A stretch of DNA of 55,411 nt, the filler included, from Dimargaris cristalligena (taxonomy: Eukaryota): the NCBI GenBank assembly GCA_003614675.1. It is 2 parts of 2 records of this genome, joined end to end, with 100 filler letters (N's around TTAATTAATTAA, not from the genome) between each part and the next. Parts side by side here need not be neighbours in the genome. Positions count along the whole stretch, not along the records: positions 1 to 27,660 come from ML002514.1; 1 more part is not named here. One strand, 5' to 3'. A model generated the notes under the pieces. It made no database searches, was not told the DNA's origin, and saw only the letters and a list, made by a program, of their open reading frames with translations. Shown here in pieces: positions 1 through 11,308 of this stretch. Within the stretch, counting starts at the first letter, position 1. Each line of letters begins with the position of its first letter. The translations under genes and the position numbers were made by a program.

Positions 1-1291
1 ATCTATCTTTTCAAATAAAGTTCAGTTTTCAAGGATTTGATTTCAGTTCTTTACAGTAGTATCCTCTCCTAAGGACCTCCTTTTAGAGTTGCCCCTATAG
101 ATATATAACTAGACCCTATTAGGAGAAGTTAGATTCCTTAGCTTATTTTTACCCCTGTAGTTTACCCTAATAAACTCTATATACACTCACTCCCCTTAAA
201 CTAACTAGTGAGTGTGCCCACTGCACATCCCTTGCATATACCTGCACATAGCCTTTATTAGTTATTATCATGCCCCATACCTGATGCTAGTAGCCCACTT
301 AGCCAGGCCTAGGCCCCACCTACTGTTGGAAGCCTATCCTCAAGACTCTTGATGGGCTAAGAGCAGTTAACCCAGGCAATACCTTATTTTATTGACATTA
401 TAGAAGTATGTCACTATTATCCCATCACTTTAAATTACTGCCCCCCCCCCCTCACAGACCTGTTTTCAAAAATGCATTCATTCAGTTTGCATCTATAAAT
501 TGCCATTGAAGTGGAATGCAATAGTAGGGAATGCCATATAATATAGCAAACTAAGGTTCTTCCAAGGGAATTAAAATAATATTTCCATGGGAACGTCCTG
601 TTATTAGGTTATGGTGCTAACATGTAATTTAATGTAATGCCTATACTGGCCAGACCTACTATAAAAATACCCAGATTCCGAATGCCATCTTCCAGGTGGA
701 AGTGCCTATGATAATATATTGATTAATAATGTTCCAAATTTGGAGCTTATCCGTTTCAACTCCAAGTAAAACTGTGTCTGACTGTGGAAGATATGCATCT
801 TTTGATTAATATGTGATTTGATTAGGGTAGATTTTGAAACTCTCTTACTTCAACCTCCCTTAGGTCAACTAAGGTGGTGGGGCCGCGCGGTGTAGAGACC
901 GTATTGAAAGACAGCTGACCCTGAAAGAATTCACACTGCTATTTTTTTAAAACTATTAATCGCCCCTTTGGGTCAGTAACTCCGTTTAACTATTCAAGGA
1001 AACTGTATATATTTAAAATAGGTCAACTGATAGTGGAGGCAACCTGGTGGAAGCAATCCTATCACACTTCGAATTTTCTATTGATTACCATACTAAGCCA
1101 CACTTACAGTCCGTAATTAACTGGATAGTAGCTACTTAGATGGTGAGAATTGGTGTATTAGCATAGATTTAAGGCTTAATTTGATTTTTCTGCGCAACTG
1201 GGGGTTGAGTATTTCGATAGCCATTGGCAATGCATTCAATGTAGCTATGGTCCATATACAGGCCCACTCAATTAGGGGATCATTGGCGTAA

Positions 1292-1298
1292 TATAAAT
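1292..1298 (+). promoter_or_regulatory. TATA box upstream of the small CaaX ORF
   Basis: TATAAAT about 160 nt upstream of ATG 1454, followed by a C/T-rich leader with no intervening ATG. Confidence 0.55.
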
Positions 1299-1453
1299 AG
1301 GCTAAACTCCCCCCGCCTATCCTTTCCAACCAACCCAATTCGCACTCGAATCAACGAACCTTCTCCATCCAGCCACCTGCAGCATCTTCGCCAACTGTCG
1401 AGTTAAAGTATCGCCGTATTACCAGCACACATTCGCCACCTCCTTCAGACAAT

Positions 1454-1636
1454 ATGGCATCCACCACCTTCGCCCACACCTCTCTCGTTCCCAACCCTGT
1501 GATTGACCAGCCTCTTTCTATACTCGTTGATTTGACTATTAGCACCGCTGCCAACGATGCAGCCACCGATAACCAACCCATGGTTCTTCCCTTAGCCATG
1601 AAAGAGACCGAATTCGCAACCTGTATTACCATGTAG
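1454..1636 (+). CDS. Small 60-aa protein ending in a CaaX box (CITM); candidate prenylated lipopeptide/pheromone precursor
   Basis: MASTTFAHTS...PMVLPLAMKETEFATCITM*. Single Cys at -4, good start context (aatATGG), upstream TATA, many C-ending codons, CpGs retained unlike nearby DNA. Confidence 0.55.
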   Translation: MASTTFAHTSLVPNPVIDQPLSILVDLTISTAANDAATDNQPMVLPLAMKETEFATCITM

Positions 1637-3868
1637 AGGTTTTGGGGTCTCAGACATCATTGCCGTTGCCCTACTCTCAAATTGGGGACTTTATTCTCTT
1701 AAAGGCATACCCTTGGCTTTGGTGTACCCCTTTTTAAATACCTTTTTCTAATTTGGCTGCTAGCCAATTCTTATATTTATACTATCTGATATTTTCCATT
1801 CTCAGTGAATTACCATGTCTATACCTCCCTGGGGTAGCAGGTTTTCCTAAAAAATAACTGTTCAGATCCAATATTGGGCGATATACACAGTGTTTATCAA
1901 GAGAGGTAATGGAAATCGATCCCCGTCCGGGGGCTATATACACGGGCTAGGATATCCCTATTGCCTAATTATATCAGGTGCGCTTTAAAAACGAATAGCT
2001 ATCCCAGGCCGGAATCCAGGTTTAACCCTTTTCGTTGTTATACTAGCTGACTAATCATACACCCGGGGTATGTCTGTGATAACTGTGGTGTCATATTAAT
2101 CCTTACTGACAGTTTTGTAAATAAATAAGGAAACACTGCAACCGCACGACGAACCCCCGGCCCGATCATCCCCCCCGTCACGTGACAGAACCCCGGCCGG
2201 GCCCCCAACGAGCGAAGCAAGCGCGATAAGCGCCGGAGCCGAAAACCTTAATCGAACCAAAATTATAAATTAAACGGATTGACCCGGGATTCGGGAAAAA
2301 GGTGTGTTTCAATAAAATAATTAACTTTATTACTAAACTCTACAATTGCCCTAATTAAAGAATCGTTCGAGTTCCCCTATCCCGCCTCGGATCCGAGCAC
2401 GACTGGTAATACCCACGGTCCGCCGCGACCCCGTTACAACACCACCGTATGACCACTGTCGGTGTATTTAGAGAGGTGCGGACTGTGACCCAATCTCCCC
2501 TCCCCAAAATAAAACTCCCGGAAAGTAGCATTGGCGGATATTTTGTTCTCGAGGGTACAGTGATAGTGACAGTCCATAATCAGCAGGAATAGCCACGTCC
2601 CTGTAATTCAATGGCTAAATTTTTAACCCACCCCATCATCAAAATCGCGCCAATGAGGGCCCTGATGAACTAATCGCCTACCTCAATTGAATATCAAACG
2701 AGGCCAAAACTACCCGAACCACGGAACAGCGGTCCAATTAGATGTCAAGGGTGGTTTTAGCCATTTGGAGCATAAGACCCTATCCTGTATATTTTGCTTA
2801 CGTACTTTGTGGTGTCGCATTGAGATTACCGTTGACTGGCTGCGTTGCCCTAAAATTTTCCACCTATCTTCATTAACGCGCGCTTTTTTCCCAATATATA
2901 AATAGTGGATAATCCCCCTTCGCCCAATTCACCCTTCCGTTTACTACTATTTTACAAAATTTCATCTAAACCGTACCTTGTTTTTTGACTTATTTACCTA
3001 ATACGGCCATGATTAGCCATTCTTCTACTTGTTTTATTATCTACCGTATATTTGCACAATTGTTGTGGGTGTTCGATGATTTACTATAACTTAGCAAGAA
3101 GCCGTGAACTTAATTGTAAGTGGTCTAGCTGAGCAGCTACTAATGATATGGATCTCCAATTTCGATGCCGACCATTCTAGCGCTCGGTTGTTTGAAACCA
3201 TACCGGAACTTTACGGTAAATCAGTCCAACTCTATATCATCTACTCACAATGGGCTGGCTTTCATTGCTAATACAGGAACGGAAAATTGGATTTATGGTT
3301 CTAACATGTATCCGGTAGACAGTTATTTTGAAATAAATTAAGGTAAGTTGGGTCTAAGAATAAATTGGTGATACTAATTAAACAAAACACACCAACTGGA
3401 AACGAATAAGTACCCATTGGATACTTAGGTAATCATTGATCATTAAATAGAGAACAGGAAGTGACATGGCGACATGAAATAAATGTATGAATAGCGATGA
3501 AGGTAAGTAATATGACCGCCCGACCCATCGAGACTTAATCTGGCGTGTGCCGGGGAATCAGATGGTAGCGGAAAAGATTTGCATGCTAGAGGTAAAATGG
3601 TACAGTGTCGGAGTTATCTCCGGCAAAAAAAACCTAATGCACTGACATGATTCAAAAACGCTAAGGGTAGTATAATGATAAAAACTGACTGAACTTTACA
3701 GAGATCTTCATAAAGTCCGGTTAATTTTGGGGCATGGATACTCACAGCGCGGGGAATGCTGATGAGTTTCTAATGCTAAACCTTCGACGAGATAAGGTAG
3801 GTCTAAGCCGAAGACAGGTATTCGCAAAAGCCCCGCACCGAGATGGGGGGGGGGGTTCTTTCCAACCA

Positions 3869-6259
3869 TTAAGCACCATTCGGTGGTGTGGGCGGGTGGT
3901 AGGCCTCCGCTGAAATGGCTACCGAGTCATCAACGAAAGTGCCAATCGAGTCGAACTTGGAAGGGCCGTTTAAATTCGAAATGCTGCGGCGATTCAGCTG
4001 AACAACGGGCTCCGAGCCCGACAGGACGGCCTTCTCATTGCTCAAGGACGAGTAGCTCGCGGTGCGCGGCTGCAGGTGGATCGGGCCACTGGGATGACCA
4101 TTGGAGCTCTGGGTGGGGCTAACGTCGACGGTCCCATCCATGTGGCGGGCATCCGGGTAGACGGCGGAATCGTTGGGCGAAAACTGGCTATCGGCGGGAG
4201 CGAGGAGCTGCTTCTTAGGGCTCAACTTAGTCTTGGCGAAGACGCGCGGGCCGGCCCCGTGGTGAACGAGGCGCCACAGACCAAGGTAGGACAGGGCGAA
4301 GAGTAGTACGAAGAGGGCAATCAAAAACACAATGTTGACCAGAATGCCGAAGCTACCCAGGCTGAGGTTTGCCAAGGCCGGGTCACCGATATTTTGGCCT
4401 TGGGAGGAATAGCCCGTGAACTGGTTGTGGGCCAGGGCTGAAAAACCGTATTTGATGGGACTGATCCACTGAATCCAGGCCAACCAGGCGGGCGCATTGC
4501 CCGTATTGACGAACAAACCACCGAAGATCATCAGGGGCAGAATCACCACGGGCACCAGTGCGAGGGTAACTTCGAGGTTCTGAATGGAACAGGCCATGAA
4601 GGTACCGAAACCGTTACCGCAGAGGGCTACACAAATGGCGACGGCGACGTAGATGAAGAATTTACCCGCATCGGCCTGCAAACCGAACATCCAGTAGGTG
4701 ATGGTGGCGAAGATAAAGGGGGACAAAATCACGAAGGGTAGTTCCACGGTATTTTTTGCTAAGAAGTAGGAAGGGAGGCTGTAAAGGCCGTTGCCGTGCT
4801 CGCGGCGGAATACGTCACGCTCTGCGGCGAAGGTGGTGATAACGGGCATGGCGTTGGCAAAGAATTGGTTCACGGCCACGAAGAACAGAGCACCGGTCAT
4901 GTCCTGGATCTGGGCGGCCAGGTTATCCTTGCCCGGGATATTGAGGTAGATGAGACCAATGAACACACCAAAGAAGAGGGCTTGGAAGAATTTGGCCTGG
5001 ATCACCATCTTGTTACGCCAGCCGTTGCGGGCGGCGCGTTTGAGCAGGTGGTTGTACTGCACGGAAAATGAGCTCACCTGCTTGAACATACCGGGGGTGA
5101 TGGCGCGGGTAAGCGGATGCCGGGCCACGTATTCGTAATAGGCCGCCTCGGGGGAGCGGCGCCAGAACTCGTAGATGTGTTCCATGCGATTGCGCTCGAG
5201 CTGGTTGGCCTCGGTTTTGTCACCCATGGTCAAATTTTCCGGGTCGAAGCGGTAGAGCACGCTCATGAAGAAGAAATCGGCAGGGTTGGTGTAGGTGGGG
5301 CACGGGTAACCGGCGCGGGTGAAATAGGCCACAGCGTTCTCGGCCTCGCCCATGTACACGGTGCGACCGTCCTGCAGAATCATCACATCGTCGAAGGTAT
5401 GGAAGATCTCCGAAGAGGGCTGGTGCATGACGGTAACGACGGTACGACCGGACCGGGCCAGCTGGCGCAGAATGAAGGTGACGGTGGCGGCGGTGTAGGC
5501 GTCGAGACCCGAGGTGGGTTCGTCCAAGAACAGGACGGAAGGATTAGTGACCAGCTCCATGGCAATGGCGCACCGCTTGCGCTCACCTCCGGAAACACCC
5601 TTCACATGGGCCGAACCGATGACAGTGTCACGGGCCTTTTCCAGCTCCAGAAGAGCAATGACTTCATTCACCCGCTGTTTCCGCTGTTCGGGGTTCAGGT
5701 CGGGACAGCGTAAAATAGCACACATGGTGATGGCTTCCGCCACGGTCATGGTGGGCAAGATCACGTCGTCTTGGAACACATAGCCGGAAATAGTGCGAAT
5801 GGCCTGACCGGTGACATTGCGGCCGTTGATGAGCAGCTGGCCGTCCACGCGACCCATCTTGACGGAGCCAGCCAGAATATTGAGCAGGGAGGTCTTGCCA
5901 GACCCACTGGGACCCAGAATGGCGGTCACACGACCCGGCTGGAATGCGCCGGTGAGACCCTTTAGAATGACCTTCTCGTGCTGGCGGTCGGTGCGCTTAA
6001 AAAGCCCGGAACGCTGGGGACTGGTAGAGGGGTGGGGGTCGTCCGCCTTCTCGGACGGTCCAGCGTCGTCGCCCTCGAGGGCAACGGGTTCATACTTGGT
6101 ATCGGTCCCCGGGGCGGGGCCCTTGATGGTGACGGAGTAGGTTAGGTTGTTGAATACAATTTGGATGGGCTCAACTTTAGACTGGTCGGAGCTAAGGAAA
6201 TTGTCCATATTGATGGACGTATCAAAGGCGCTAGCGGCCTGGGAGGCAGCGGTGGACAT
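3869..6259 (-). CDS. ABCG (White/Scarlet-like) half-transporter, NBD-TMD, 796 aa, intronless
   Basis: Walker A GPSGSGKT, signature VSGGE, Walker B LFLDEPTSGLD, H-loop MHQP, NPADF motif, C-terminal ABC2-type membrane domain with about 6 hydrophobic helices. Confidence 0.95.
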   Translation of the reverse strand: MSTAASQAASAFDTSINMDNFLSSDQSKVEPIQIVFNNLTYSVTIKGPAPGTDTKYEPVALEGDDAGPSEKADDPHPSTSPQRSGLFKRTDRQHEKVILKGLTGAFQPGRVTAILGPSGSGKTSLLNILAGSVKMGRVDGQLLINGRNVTGQAIRTISGYVFQDDVILPTMTVAEAITMCAILRCPDLNPEQRKQRVNEVIALLELEKARDTVIGSAHVKGVSGGERKRCAIAMELVTNPSVLFLDEPTSGLDAYTAATVTFILRQLARSGRTVVTVMHQPSSEIFHTFDDVMILQDGRTVYMGEAENAVAYFTRAGYPCPTYTNPADFFFMSVLYRFDPENLTMGDKTEANQLERNRMEHIYEFWRRSPEAAYYEYVARHPLTRAITPGMFKQVSSFSVQYNHLLKRAARNGWRNKMVIQAKFFQALFFGVFIGLIYLNIPGKDNLAAQIQDMTGALFFVAVNQFFANAMPVITTFAAERDVFRREHGNGLYSLPSYFLAKNTVELPFVILSPFIFATITYWMFGLQADAGKFFIYVAVAICVALCGNGFGTFMACSIQNLEVTLALVPVVILPLMIFGGLFVNTGNAPAWLAWIQWISPIKYGFSALAHNQFTGYSSQGQNIGDPALANLSLGSFGILVNIVFLIALFVLLFALSYLGLWRLVHHGAGPRVFAKTKLSPKKQLLAPADSQFSPNDSAVYPDARHMDGTVDVSPTQSSNGHPSGPIHLQPRTASYSSLSNEKAVLSGSEPVVQLNRRSISNLNGPSKFDSIGTFVDDSVAISAEAYHPPTPPNGA

Positions 6260-9200
6260 GGCGCAGGATACTACTAGTTAATGAGTGTGAGTGGGGGGCA
6301 AAAAAGAAATGGACCGAGGTTCCTGGATGTGGGTGAAAAAATGGCGGGAGGGGCAAGTGGGATGGGGCAATCGCGTGAAACTGTCGCGCTGAACTGGTAT
6401 TGCAGGTCTACAGTGAGATCATCAGCAAAGGGGTTGGTAATACTCGGAGAAAGCACCTGGCTAAGAAAGGCAGGAGGGTGGTGAAGAGGAGGGAGGGGAT
6501 GGCCCCGTGGTTATAAATAGGAATTGATGAATAGAGCAAGAGGTAATGAAAAACAATATTAGAGCAGAGGCTGTTTGAACCACACAAATCAAATCGGCAA
6601 TCTACGCGACTGAGACTGGCAGAGGGGAACACAAAGGATTGTCTGGGGGAGTGTACCGGCGAATTGGCTAAGAACGAAAATAATACACAGTGCCGGTTGG
6701 ATAAGATTCCGGCCCGCTTTTATAGAGCGCCAAGACCGAACCATCCAAATGGCCAACCACATCCAGTGGAACCCTCCTTTCTCATTCAATGACTCTGAGT
6801 ACCGAAGAAACACCCACCGTGGTGGCGGACTCAGAGACTGGCCGCAGCCAGTTCAGGTCGCATAGTTCTTTAGTTTAGCAATATACCGCGGTTTATTATA
6901 TATGGTGAATGGCTTCTCCTTATCAGTCAATGGTTTCCAAACAAGACCCTTCATTTCTTATATTTGGCTTAGGGCCTGGCGAATTAGCGCCTAATCTGGC
7001 AGACTAAGTCCTCCGATTGGTGGCTTTTTTTTCCACGAATCACCGGGCCAGGTGGGTCAGAGTGTCCAGGGATTATCCACTGGCGGGCTTCTGGTTGCTC
7101 CCACCACGCTGCGACGCGGAAAACCCCCTCACCATCCACATCTGTCAAGTGGAAGGCCCCCTAAATCAGATTTGTCAGCGCTGTCGTCTTCCATCTGATT
7201 CGTCAGAGTAATTCGGTCGTTTTATACACGCCCACCCACACCTTTGCGGTCGTATTAATAACCCTAGCCCTGCAGGCAGGTAGGCTGTGTGGCCGAAGGA
7301 CGTCACCTACTCACTGGTAAAACCCTACACACATCGGTCTTGGATTCACAGGCTGACTATCACCCGCGCCGCAGCAACCCAAAGGCATACGAGGGGTGAC
7401 GAATTCCTGATAATATGGAAAGGGCTGAAGCCACTTTGAGTTATGAAAGCCGGCGGGTAGCATCTGGAAGGGGGCGGCTAATAGTCGACTACCCAAAGTA
7501 GCCGTCTGGACCCCAGGGCAATGGTGTCACTCGACCGAATCTAGGGTTGAGTTGGTCAGTCCTCTACATTAACCTGGCTAGGGGGTAGGGGTGCAATATA
7601 CCTTTACCCTCCGGCATTATCCCGACTGTATGAAGCGACGAAAGCCCTCATCCGCCCCAATAACTCCTGCAGGTGGGTTAGTGGTGCGGCCAGGTAAATA
7701 TTGGCCCGGATTTGACAGAGATGCGTATATGTTGGGTGGAACAGGTGCACGTAACTTGGTTAGCTATGTCTATAACATGGCCATGGAGCTGGTGACCGAA
7801 TTGTAGGTAGGTTATGCATAAGCCGAATCAGCCCAGGGTAAAAAGGTTACAACGCCTGTGAGCACTTTTATACATGCGTCGGGCTCAACCAAATTGCCCA
7901 TGCAGGGTAGCAGTGGTACGCATGTAATTTTATTGATGCATTTTTTACCAACAGTAATTGTATATATCCTATTTCTAGGCGAGCATGTAGGTACACACTT
8001 AGGCCTAACTGAACGTGCCAGATATAGGGATGTTGTGAAACTGATCTAGAAGATCCTAGAGTATCTTGGTCTGGCAATCCATGATCCTATTCAACCCCAA
8101 AATATCACACTGAAATACATACTACGGCAAATCCGGGCTCATCTCCTTCCTATATGCCCTTCTACAACAAGCATGAGGACAACGGGGACTCATAATATTC
8201 GCGTGGATTTATATACCACATCGACTCAAGGATACTCCCAAGTCATTCTCTGGGCTCACTGTCCCCATAGCCCCTCCCTTAAAGGCAAATGTTTACTTGT
8301 GCCTCGGTGGTCACTACCGCTTATTTCCAACGTATTTATCAAACAGCCGATAAAATTCCCTAGTTGGTAAACCTAATAAACCCGGCTAATGGATTAGCCG
8401 AGGGAAACGTTAGCTGCTCGGGTGCATTTGGTTCCGTATCCAGAGGCGAGTGGGTGCTGGATATTGCAGTGTGAAACCTGTCTTATCTCAGGGGCTTTCC
8501 TCATGGTGCGTATTTGGCCAGCAAATTTCCCAACCCCCGATTGTTTCTTACATTTCAGGACAAATCGATTGTATCATCTAACTCTAATGTCCTTCCCATC
8601 AGTCACACCTCTTGACCGAGGAGGTCAGTTGACTCATCGAACAACCGGGTATTAAAGGTAGGGGAATATCCCTTAATATCATTTTTTAAAAATTGCAGGA
8701 TTAGTATAGCGTGGAGAGGTACTTCAGTTTAGCGGCGCCATGGCATCATGAATGAAGGCCGTGTTTTAAAAGCCGTCTAGCAATTAGTTTGGAACAGGTT
8801 TACCAGGCGGCTCGTTTAAATTTAAATTATTGATGGCCGAGATCTGGTAAAAAGTACAGTTTGTGAATTCCCCCCCCCCTGATAGATGCCAAGATTGTGG
8901 AACCCCTCCCGTCGGTCATTAGGGTACCTAAAGCATTGTCTGAGAGTATGGTACTCAAACTATATTTCACAATTGCAGGCTTCTGTGACATGGGTCGAGC
9001 TGGAAACTACTAACTAAACCGGTAGGATGATATGTACTAGGTGACACTTAGTTTTGTTAAGAAGCAATAAGAACTACTGCCAAGACTATCTATTGATTGT
9101 AGATCTTAATGGCTAACGCAGTCGTTATTGAATCAGCGATTGTAGTAAAGGTGCGACGCTCCGTTCAAGCTTATAGGCCCTCTGAGGAGCCTAGGGGAAT

Positions 9201-10248
9201 GGTAAGGGTGATCAGTCGGAAGATACTTGATATTGGACCATCAGATTTGCTACATATATACTGATGGCGAGGCCTGAATACATTTTAGATAACTTTCTAG
9301 TTTAAAGGGTACAAGGTAGCCATTTTCTTTAAAATACACAATCACTACAATAGGTTGAGATGTATGCCTCATGCTCGAAAAATGCCCGTCAGCCAAGAAG
9401 GGCGGTATCTTTATCGACGGGGATAGCAAACCACCATTGACAGCGGCTTAATAGTTGGTGACTTTGGGTGAATATCCTACATTAGAATATTCCACAGTGG
9501 CCAAGGCTTTTATCCGCCTAATCGCCTATGGCCATATTGTTTAAGCCAAAGGGTCCGCGAAAAGCCAACCACCTTGTTTCAAGCTTGGGAATACCGAGTA
9601 AAGGGTGAGTTTGGATAACCTCGTTTGTCTGTTTACGATTCACTAAGTCTTTGGGGCAGTGGGTATCAGAGGGGATTGCCCACTGTGTATGCGGCGGCTA
9701 TGTTTCCTGTAGCAAAAGTGGGAACTCTTATCAATGAACGGGTCGTTGATGATCACTGGCGACGGAATCGGTTGATAAAGGCTGCGGTATATACCCTTTC
9801 ATTGTTTCGGTATTTCTTCGATAAGTTTGTTACCACTTTAGGTCACAATGCTAATGTTTTGCATTGTCATGATTATTTAGGCACCGTATTTTAGTAGATA
9901 CGGTCGAACAATTTATTGTTACGTCGAAGTGGCAGCCGAGGGCGTGTTATTGTGTTTTCGGATAAACAAAAAAAAAGGGCTTTCGTTGTCTTTGGCTTTT
10001 ATTTCGAACATTTTCGAGTTGGACAATTCTACCAAACCTCATGAGGTATATAATACCACAGTCCTGGCTATCAACCCAGGTCAATTTCAAATCCGCATCT
10101 TTATCTTTTCGTAAACCACCACTAATATTTTTGATCAACCAAGCTCCTATTTTTACAATCGCCAACACTATTCACCTACAGCCCACTATAGCGATCGTTC
10201 AATCACTACCCTAGCACCTAACCACTTCTGAACTTGTACTTATCCAAA

Positions 10249-11308
10249 ATGACCGCTGGAAATCCGGAAAACCTAACAAAAGGCGGTAAGTCATTAACAC
10301 GATAGTGTTACACCAGTACCGTTTTATCTGAAATATAATTACGTACACCTGCCATTACGAAAAAATGGCGGCAACCCAATATCTATAGCCGACAGTACTG
10401 TAATAATCCATATTAGTACACGGTGATATATAATTAATCTGAAGCTGGACTAATTTGATCGTTATATTTTATCAAATCTGTTATGTACTTCCCTGCACCG
10501 TTAATCAAAATTAGAGCAGATTTATTTCGAAATTCGAGGCTTGCCGTCTCAATATAATATAGCGACGTTTGACAGCTACGACCCGGAAACCTATTACATC
10601 ACTCTATTGGCAGATAAATCAATCCCCTTGCGTATCCATATCAATGATATCGTTTGGAAGACATTGACGGAATGTGTCCACGAGTACTTCCTGCCCTACC
10701 CAACCTCAACCGCCGCGACCTTTCCGGAAGGCCGATCGGCTCCCGGGCGCCGGTTTCCCATGTCTGAATGTGTACACCAACAACTGGACAATTTCGCGTT
10801 TAATTATGCACCTAATTTCGAAAGTTGCCCAGACCACGATTGCCCGGTTCACGGAATCTCGACTATGATGGGGATGGCCGCATACAATTCCCTAATGGAA
10901 ATGACCAATTTTGGAGGGACTCCTACAGCGTCTCAGTGGCCGTACTGTGCCCCTACCGGGAACGACGTACCAGCGTATCCGGCTACTGCGGCCGAAAACG
11001 CGTATTCACCGCTCCCCTTATTGACCAACAACCAACCCAGCACTGTAGCGGCATCGACCATGCTGACAATGCCAACGGAAATACACGGGCAGTCGATTGA
11101 CCAATCCTGGGAAAAAATAATGAGCACGGGGCCTCCGGTGCTCTCTGAAAAGGAACTCGAAACTCTCATGGCGGCCACCCTCCCCGATGGGATATGTGGA
11201 CTGCCCCTAGATCAGCTCGATGTGGATGGCATCGACCTCGAAGAACTTAGATCCTTATTTGGGACTTTGCAAACGCCGGATAACCAGAGTCAACAAAACT
11301 TAGATTAA
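10249..11308 (+). CDS. Hypothetical two-exon protein, about 276 aa, unknown function
   Basis: Exon 1 10249-10285 (aaaATG, donor GTAAGT at 10286, phase 1) joins in phase to acceptor TTAG 10511-10514; exon 2 10515-11308 gives MTAGNPENLTKGEQIYFEIRGLPSQYNIATF... Confidence 0.7.

Noticed and set aside
2360-2390. GTTCGAGTTCC as a tRNA T-loop or B box
   Set aside because: No A box or cloverleaf could be built
3883-6140. Many + strand ORFs overlapping the ABCG gene, and similar shadow ORFs over POX1, the RING gene, PRP40, ZNG1, CAP2 and the myosin gene
   Set aside because: Antisense or alternate-frame shadows of GC-rich coding sequence with no recognisable motifs
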